A stretch of DNA of 61,500 nt from assembly GCF_006345805.1 (NCBI RefSeq), contig NW_021832422.1, forward strand, positions 1 to 61,500. The letters are read 5' to 3'. Positions 53,438-61,500 of the stretch are shown here, one piece after another (position 1 is the stretch's first letter; each line of letters opens with the position of its first letter). This DNA comes from Octopus sinensis (taxonomy: Eukaryota). The position numbers were made by a program, and so were the translations under genes. The notes under the pieces were generated by a model. That model was not told the DNA's origin. It did not search any database and was given only the letters and a program-made list of their open reading frames with translations.

Positions 53438-54957
53438 TATAGTGTGTGCGCACGTCTAACCATTAATTTGGCTGTATGAAACCACGCAAGTGCTCAATTC
53501 GCTTTTATAGTACTTGCATATTTTGAATTATGCAAAGTAATGAAGTATATATGACCTCCAGATCTGCGTCCTGTCAGTCAAGTGTTGCATAATCCGGTTT
53601 GTGCTGGAATAAGTAGATTGTTGGTGATATAAGCTATTTAGCTTGGCTGGATATCAGAAATAATGTTTGATCAAAAGTCGATAGATATATCTGATCATGG
53701 ATTCTCGAGGTCATCTGTTTCTTTTTTAGAATTAAATGAACGAATAACATCCTCGTGGTCACGATATCATCTAAATGTTGCAGCTAAATGGCTATCAAAG
53801 GTCACCGTATTAAAACGAACAATGGCATTAAGATAACATGATCTTTCAGATATGTTAAAAAGATGGAATTGTCACGATAGAAGATTGCAATCACGGTTTT
53901 GTAGATCAGAGGCTACATTGGAAAAGCAGCAATTCAGGTGTAGTTCTGCTTGGAAAAACAGTTATAGCACTCTTGAATGTTTGTCGCCAGCATTTAAAAA
54001 ATGCTGTAGAATGATACAACGAATAGTATGGTGAAAGTAAGGCCTAAATTCACGTTGTGTTTGGAAATTAGATAGTCGTGACCGTAAGCGTATCGTCTTC
54101 AACCACGTCGCATGTGTTAAAACTATCTTTGGAATAAACGATATGATACTCCCCATTGAAAAAAACATAACAATTAATAAAATAACACAAATATTTAAAA
54201 CACAAACACCACCCAGTGAAGATACCTTGACATGGTCAGAGAAGAAGTTGCAAAATTAACATCAAATTAATACCACAATGTATTAATTAAAGAATGGTCG
54301 CGACAGGCCGAAATTTGATCTCAACTCTAGAGGGGAAAGACATACATCGTAAAACTGTTTACTCTAGTTTCTTGCCGTTGGCTGAGCAGAAATTTGACTG
54401 AGAGCAAATTTGATTTTTCCTTAGAAAGTATGTATGCATCTATTAAAACCAAAATTCGACTCTATCTTGAAAAGATGGCGTATCCTTGTTTCTTTTTTAC
54501 CTTTGTGTGTTAGCTTTAAAATATGTGCACGCGTGCAAAGGCAGACCGTTTGCAAAAAAGGTTGCGTCGGATTGAAAAAGATTAATACAACATTACTAAA
54601 AGTAAAATCGCCTTCGTTAACAAGAATTCAAGCCACAACATTATCTTCTTCAACTACATTATCTACTAAAGCAACATCAACAGAAATAGCTACCAGAATT
54701 TTAACTAAAATTACTGCAACCACTAACACGGTAATGGCTCCGACAGCTTTCTGTTTCAGCGAAGTAATTCGTGATCGAATAGGCTAGTTTAGGAACTGGA
54801 AAGATATATTTGTTATTCAAATTATATATCACGGCAGTCTAAACAATAACAGTTGAGAAGGAATTTAAAATGAAGCAATAAGAAATATAATCTAATCTGA
54901 TCGGATAAATATAAGTTTGCATGTGTATGCGTGAGTGTGTGCAATTTTTTGTATGTG

Positions 54958-55049
<92 letters not shown>

Positions 55050-55378
55050 GGCGCAGGAGTGGCTGTGTGGTTAGTAGCTTGTTTACCAGCCACATGGTTC
55101 CGGGTTCAGTCCCACTGCGTGGCACCTTGGGCAAGTGTCTTCTACTATAGCCTCGGGCCGACCAAAGCCTTGTGAGTGGATTTGGAAGACGGAAACTGAA
55201 AGAAGCCCGTTGTATATATGTATATATACGCGTGTGTGTGTTTGTGTGTCTGTGTTTGTCCCCGTTACTTAGCGGTTCGGCAAAAGAGACCGATAGAATA
55301 AGTACTGGGCTTACAAAAGGATAAGTCCCGAGTTGCTCGACCGCAGTCAAATGACTGAAACAAGTAAAAGAGTAAAAG
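55050..55378 (+). mobile_element. SINE family B (well preserved, small 3' deletion)
   Basis: GGCGCAGGAGTGGCTGTGTGGTTAGTAGC...GGGTTCAGTCCCACTGCGTGGCACCTTGGGCAAGTG...GAAACAAGTAAAAGAGTAAAAG. Confidence 0.92.
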
Positions 55379-55559
55379 TGTATATATATATATATATATA
55401 TATATATCTGAATTTATGAGATTTAATGCCTAAGCATGTTCCACTCACGGTTGCAAGATCTTGATCTTGAATCCTAGACAAGATACTTCATTTTATATCC
55501 AGTTACCTCAACTGCAAAAGTAAGTCACCTATAAACGGAGTAACATTTGGTACCAGCAG

Positions 55560-55635
55560 GGTACCACCGTTCAAAAGCCAAGCGCATTGTGACCAGTGAT
55601 GTACACCAACATCCGATACTCTGCTAGTACCGTGA
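55560..55635 (+). mobile_element. SINE family G, degenerate 3' fragment
   Basis: GCGCATTGTGACCAGTGATGTACACCAACATC matches the family G tail (reverse complement of 61020-61060). Confidence 0.55.
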
Positions 55636-55751
55636 TATATATATATATATGTGTGTGTGTAAATATATATATATATATACTTATACATACTCAAATGATC
55701 ACACACACGCACACGCGCACACACATACAAACACACATGTATATAGGTGTA

Positions 55752-55953
55752 CAGTAATCCATCGCCAAATCGCGGTTCACGTAACGCAGTTTATTACTTA
55801 AGCTTACATCGATTCCCATGTTTTACATTTCTAATAAAATAAATATATGCAAATTATAAATATAATAAAAATATATACAGTACAGTTTCCACATAGCGCA
55901 TTTTCACCTATCGCGGTGGGGATGCAACACCCGTGATAGTCCGTGTATTTTTG
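55752..55953. mobile_element. Tc1/mariner-pogo-type MITE
   Basis: TA|CAGTAATCCATCGCCAAATCGCGGTTCAC ... CACCCGTGATAGTC...TG|TA; same family as 60741-60948 in the opposite orientation. Confidence 0.65.
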
Positions 55954-56142
55954 TATATATATATTAATATGACGTATGGTGTAAAATATTATGAATATAT
56001 GTGTACATATATGAAGATATAATGCGTTGTGGCGTAACATGAACACAAGTGTACATAGGAACCGCAATAACAAGAGCAATGGTAAATTAAAAACATGCTA
56101 GAAATTTCCTTCACCGCGTCTATCTATCTATCTATCTATCTT

Positions 56143-56180
<38 letters not shown>

Positions 56181-56306
56181 CACAGTGATATATATATATA
56201 TATATATAAATATATATATGTACACACGTGTATATGAGTGCGTGTATGCATATCGGTATGCATCTGTATATGTATATATACATACATATATATATATATA
56301 TATATA

Positions 56307-56351
<45 letters not shown>

Positions 56352-57036
56352 ACACACACACCGCATATATATATATGGAGGCGTCGATGCTTCCTAGGTC
56401 TAAACAGTGGTGGTGTACCCCCTACTGTCACGTTCGTGTTACATTGACAGTATACAACCATTCTATCGCCCCACCACCGTACATGTCTCTACGAGAGATT
56501 TAGAAGTTTAGTATTTCTGATATATATATATATATATATATATGTATACATATATACATCTATATGTATATATATATATATATATGTGTGTGTGCATATA
56601 TACATTTACAGGCACACACACACACACATGCCGGCATAATTACCTAAGTACACTAACAAACGTCGTTTTTCTCTATGTGTGTATACATGTTTTCGATCGG
56701 CGAACAATATGGGGATTTTGTCAAGCAAGAATCTATATAATGGAAATTGTGAGGAAATCTGATATTAGATAATCGCTTTAAAAACATCATTTCTTTTCAT
56801 CGCGTTAAATCCTCTCATCTAAGCAGAATATACGAGAGAAAACCTGATAATGTGTTCACATATTCTGGTCTTCTAAGATGCATTACACGTATCACAGATT
56901 ACACGTAAATATAGTCAGCTTACTGCTGCAGTAGACTTTTTTTTATTTACAGTGTTATTTTTTTATTGTTTTATCTAGATTACGTAAATTTACTGCATGA
57001 CCGAGCGAAGCTCAGCGTGCTTCGCATAGGCAGATT

Positions 57037-57386
57037 TACGTAATGATTTACGTGTGGAAAATACCGGAAGGACCAGTACCTAATTTTGGCATCAAGTGTT
57101 ATGTGAATGCTCGTACTGGACTCCACTGCAGAGTACCGAAGATACCAATGCTTCTAATATAAAGACCAGGTACTGAAATAGCCTAGGGTTCAGAGGACCA
57201 CAACTATTCAATTCTCTGCCAAAACAATTAAGAAAGTTACACGATATAGATGTGGAAGTCTTAAAAACTGAAATGGACACTCTCCTATCCACAATACCAG
57301 ACGAACCAATGGCACGACATGAGGCACAATTGAGGGCAGCAGTGTTAAATTCCATCATACCCCAGATGGGTCATCGACAATTCTGA
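57037..57386 (+). mobile_element. CR1/L2-group LINE ORF2 C-terminal fragment (frameshifted, one stop)
   Basis: YVMIYVWKIPEGPVPNFGIKCYVNARTGLHCRVPKIP / IKTRY*NSLGFRGPQLFNSLPKQLRKLHDIDVEVLKTEMDTLLSTIPDEP...RAAVLNSI matches the typical 'GPxLFNxLP...LD..L..IPDEP' LINE terminus (from knowledge; clade assignment approximate). Confidence 0.8.
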
Positions 57387-58735
57387 TCGGAAGAGTCAAC
57401 TTCATTTTATGTTGAGTAACAATTGTCGTTGCCCATGGACAGAAAATTTGCTTATAAAGTTCTAGACGGATCTGAACTTATAAATTTACTTTTAATTTTC
57501 TATAAGTATCTAAACTAACCAATTGTCACCTACAAACCATTGGTGATCTACGGCTAGTTCAGTGCATCTTTATGCAGCAGCTACTTAATCAAACTCCAAC
57601 TAGATCTAATCGGTGGGGATTGATCAAATATTTACCATTTCCTCGTGCCATTTTTGCGATATTCTTTGTTTGCATTTATTTTTTGTTATGGGCCTTCCAT
57701 TCCTCGTGATTTTCACCCACTGAACCTCAGCCCGTCACTTGATCATTTTGTCTTTTGAAATTGTAAGAAGATATATTTTCCTCTGTTTTTCTCAATTTGT
57801 TTGTATTTCTGTCTTTCAATGTCATGTCCAGTGTTGCTATTTCTTTTGTGTGTTAATGCGTTGCCACTTTCCTTCCACATCTGCAGTTAATGCCCCCCTC
57901 CGTTTCCGGTCCGTGACAGACTCATCAACTTCTTCATTGATCAAGCTTTTTCGTTTCAGGCACGTTAGTGAACGTTGATTTCAAAACAACGCAGTTATTT
58001 TTGAAAAGGATCCTGTATAATATTAAGAACTCCTTTATCTCATATTTTGTTTTCCTCCACACTGATCAATATCGTAAGATAATAAAGCTATAGAGCCTGA
58101 TATTGGAAATATAGATTTCTAAATATTTGACCAAACTATGCGGCTTTGGATTACTAAATATCATCGATTCGATGGATGGATTCAATGCTATGATTGATGT
58201 TTACATTATCGATCGAAATTTATGAAAAATATTTTAAAACAAAAATAAAAAAACAATGATAATAATAATTTCCAATATTTTTGAATATGATCAAACAAAA
58301 AGGATAATAAATACATCGCTTCAATTAAATCAATGTTACTACAAAATCTACAATCCTGCTCTGAAGACGTACATTGTGGCTCGAAATGTTAGAACTAATA
58401 TCAGTCAAATTTATAGTATCTTACAACCCGATGTCATGAAATCAAAACATAGATGAGACATGTTCCTCTTGCATAACTTAAGCTTGAACAAAGGGTTCTC
58501 GTTTTTAAATTCTTTCTTGTTGGGTGAAATAGGTTTCATTCTAACTCCCATTATTATCATCACCAATTCGGTGTGTTTCATTGGAGCTTCACGAAATTTT
58601 ATCGAGGCGTCATCATTTCTGATCATGTTTGTTCAAAGAGAGTTGAATTAGGTACCAATAATGAAGATAATATTTACTAATACTTGTTTTTTTTTTCTTT
58701 TCCAAGGTGAAAAATTCGAACCAGGGTTATCATGT

Positions 58736-58796
58736 GGAGGCGCAATGGCCTAGTGGTTAGGGCAGCAGACTCGCGGTCGCAGGATCGCGGTTTCGA
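58736..58796 (+). mobile_element. SINE family G head only
   Basis: GGAGGCGCAATGGCCTAGTGGTTAGGGCAGCAGACTCGCGGTCGCAGGATCGCGGTTTCGAT, truncated at an (ATT)n tract. Confidence 0.85.
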
Positions 58797-58818
58797 TGCT
58801 ATTATTATTATTATTCAA

Positions 58819-58879
<61 letters not shown>

Positions 58880-58883
58880 TTGC

Positions 58884-58959
58884 CCGTATGCATATGGCAT
58901 AGTGGTTAAGAGCGCGGGCTTCTAACCCCCAAGATTCCGAGTTCAATTCCAGGCAGTGA

Positions 58960-58963
<4 letters not shown>
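58884..58963 (+). mobile_element. tRNA-like head of family E SINE
   Basis: A box TGGCATAGTGG (58895-58905), B box GTTCAATTCC (58941-58950), ending GTGACCTG(AAT)n. Confidence 0.75.
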
Positions 58964-58995
<32 letters not shown>

Positions 58996-58997
<2 letters not shown>

Positions 58998-59547
58998 GCC
59001 CTGATGCAGTACCAGGCAGTGGCTCTCATGGCTTGTGATCTTAACTGATTGGAAGTGCTATCATGTACATTGTTTTGTCTTGGTATAAAAGATGGGCTAC
59101 AGCAAATATTCTGCTCAATACCACAGATTTGCTTGTCAATTGTTTGACCTTAACCAGTTGAGCATGTCCCTTAGTGGCTGACGATATGTGCATCTCTGAT
59201 CACGAGCAGAATTAGTGGGGGAGCATCATAGCCATGTTTTAGAGGGATTCTTTGGGTTTGAATAATTCACCTCTGGAAACATGGGTGGTTCTTTCAACAT
59301 CCTTAAACAACCCTTATTCAGGGACCTTTTGAGCGGGATGGGCTACTCAACCTGAAGAAAATTCTAACTGGGCCCCACCTGCAAGGTCATGTGCTGTTTA
59401 TCTAGATATGAGATCACCATGTCGCGCACATATGGTTGTGATGCATGTGCCTGGTGTACCCTTCAGACGGGTAGTCATGATGGGTATATTGGGCTTCGTA
59501 TATTTTACCCCAGTGTCACTTTGATGGCATGCACTGCTCTCTCACTC
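58996..59547 (+). mobile_element. Family F non-autonomous retroposon (longest copy), flanked by (AAT)n
   Basis: Matches 13437-13943 and extends about 80 bp further 5'. Confidence 0.9.
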
Positions 59548-59604
<57 letters not shown>

Positions 59605-59619
59605 TTCATGTCATCGAAT

Positions 59620-59730
59620 GCAGTATTTAAAGGACACCGAAAGGATGAAATCAATGTTCTCTTAAGCCGGATTTGAACAGGAAGTAAAGTACCACAAGAA
59701 ATACAGGAATATACATGTTTCGGGCCCTCA
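59620..59730 (-). mobile_element. Degenerate SINE family A fragment
   Basis: GGACACCGAAAGGATGAAATC...GCCGGATTTGAACAGGAAGTAAAG. Confidence 0.5.
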
Positions 59731-60090
59731 ATCGAAGAGGTAAAACTCCTCACTCAGAATCGCAATAATAACAATACCAACAACATGAACAATAATACAC
59801 AGAAAAAATATTAAAAGTGACGTTCTATATATTGTTATGTTTTTTAAGTAGACGACTTTCTACTTTTAGAAATGACATGAATTAAATTAAAATTATTCAG
59901 GAAAAAAACAATGCTTGTTTAATTAGTAAATTAAAAGTAAATGCGACAGCATGAAAAAAAAACAAAACAAATTGCAAAAGTTGACTTAAATAGAAATTAC
60001 GAAATTAGAAACATTATGAATTATGTAAAGATGATTACAAAATATAAAGCAAAATATTCTCAGAATTTGTACTCTACAGAGTGAGTGTAC

Positions 60091-60166
<76 letters not shown>

Positions 60167-60190
60167 CATATATATATATATATATATATA

Positions 60191-60276
<86 letters not shown>

Positions 60277-60330
60277 TATAGGTATATATATACACACACA
60301 CACTCATATATATATATATATTATACATAA

Positions 60331-60361
<31 letters not shown>

Positions 60362-60614
60362 CATAATATATACATATATATATATGTACATGTATATATA
60401 TATACATATATACATACATACTTATGTATATATGTATGCGTTTATGCTTCTTTATACATACCTTTAAAAATGGGTATGTGTGTGCGTGTGCGTGCGCGAT
60501 GTCTATGCATAAACGCTACTGGAGATTTATGCATATGTATATAATATATAGTTCTATATTTAAGAGATGAAGAATTATTTACATTATTTACATTATTAAA
60601 ATTTGACGGGTAAT

Positions 60615-60725
60615 TTGGAAAAATACCTTAGGAATGAGAACCCACGTTCGAAATTTCCTCGAGACACCTGATGAAGGTATATCAGCCGAAACGTTGTGTT
60701 AACAACAAACCAGATGAGGACAAGT
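60615..60725 (+). mobile_element. Family E tail with hammerhead motif at 60663-60700
   Basis: GAAAAATACCTTAGGAATGAGAACCCACGTTCGAAATTTCCTCGAGACAC-CTGATGA-AGGTATATCAGCC-GAAA-CGTT-GTGTTAACAACAAAC; core intact, 8-nt deletion in stem II. Confidence 0.8.
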
Positions 60726-60740
60726 GTATACTTACTCATA

Positions 60741-60945
60741 CAGTAAGGCTTCGACTATCGCGGGTGTTACGTTCCAAAACCTCCCAAAGAAATAATTAAA
60801 ATCTCAAAAAATTTCAATGCCTATCCGGTGCAGAAACCCACGATATACTGTGGAGTCCGCGATTTGAATTTATACATATAATAGCCAGAAAAATCCGCGA
60901 TTTAGTGAGTGCGCGATAGGTGAATCGAGATATGGCGAGTGATTA

Positions 60946-60948
<3 letters not shown>
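60741..60948. mobile_element. Tc1/mariner-pogo-type MITE
   Basis: TA|CAGTAAGGCTTCGACTATCGCGG ... GCGATAGGTGAATCGAGATATGGCGAGTGATTACTG; CAGT termini with imperfect TIRs. Confidence 0.7.
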
Positions 60949-60988
<40 letters not shown>

Positions 60989-60995
<7 letters not shown>

Positions 60996-61272
60996 ATCAC
61001 GTGACCGACCAGACCGTCAGATGTTGTTACACATCGCTGGTCACAATGCGTTCGCATTGTTTTAGCCTTCGAATGACGCCACCCCGCTGGCTAAGCGACC
61101 AGGCCAACAGAAGAAAGAGTGGGAGAAAGAGTGGTGAAAGTGTACAGCAGGGATCACCACCACCTGCCGGAGCCTCGTGGAACTTCTAGGCGTTTTCGCC
61201 CGGTCTGGGAATCGAAACCGCGATCCTGCGACCGCGAGTCCGCTGCCCTAACCACTAGGCTATTGCGCCTCC
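60989..61272 (-). mobile_element. tRNA-derived SINE, family G (full length)
   Basis: Highly similar to 23616-23903. Confidence 0.9.
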
Positions 61273-61326
61273 ACATATATATATGTATATATATATATCG
61301 ATACATACATGCATATATATATATTA

Positions 61327-61381
<55 letters not shown>

Positions 61382-61383
<2 letters not shown>

Positions 61384-61440
61384 GGGTGGTGCCCCAGCAT
61401 GGCCACAGCTCATGAGCTGAAACTAGAATCAATCAATCAA
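61382..61440 (+). mobile_element. SINE 3' tail fragment
   Basis: GGTGCCCCAGCATGGCCACAGC...(AATC)n; a related reversed tail lies at about 42590-42632. Confidence 0.5.
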
Positions 61441-61447
61441 TCATATA

Positions 61448-61499
<52 letters not shown>

Positions 61500-61500
61500 C

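Noticed and set aside
58256-58660. Short overlapping ORFs in unique sequence at 58.2-58.7 kb
   Set aside because: Under 75 aa, interrupted by stops in the most protein-like frame, and no recognisable family.
59700-59750. Possible hammerhead on the minus strand (…GAGGGCCC-GAAA-CAUG-UA…)
   Set aside because: No proper CUGANGA core at the right spacing, and the segment follows a degenerate family A SINE that can explain it.

Overview
AT-rich eukaryotic non-coding DNA, apparently intergenic or deep intronic. It is very probably from an octopus: this is an inference from the microsatellite load and from recognising the tRNA-derived SINE families from memory, not from a database search. No intact protein-coding gene, tRNA, rRNA or CRISPR array can be supported. 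Nearly all long ORFs in the supplied track are translations of (TA)n, (CA)n, (AAT)n, (CAT)n, (TACA)n, (TAGA)n or CT-rich microsatellites. The recognisable content is: more than 30 full or partial SINE copies from several families (my labels A-G); three decayed retrotransposon coding fragments (a Penelope-like RT/GIY-YIG linker, an R4/Dong-clade C-terminus inside (AAT)n, and a CR1/L2-group ORF2 C-terminus); two MITE-like families; several long inverted repeats; and tandem duplications. The most interesting signal is a set of minimal type-I hammerhead ribozyme motifs in at least four unrelated repeat contexts. One of them reconstructs as a tRNA-headed SINE with an (AAT)n linker and a hammerhead-bearing, Penelope-like 3' tail. 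A few weak exon-like segments are reported as low-confidence leads. Most repeat boundaries were placed by eye and are approximate (about +/-10 nt).
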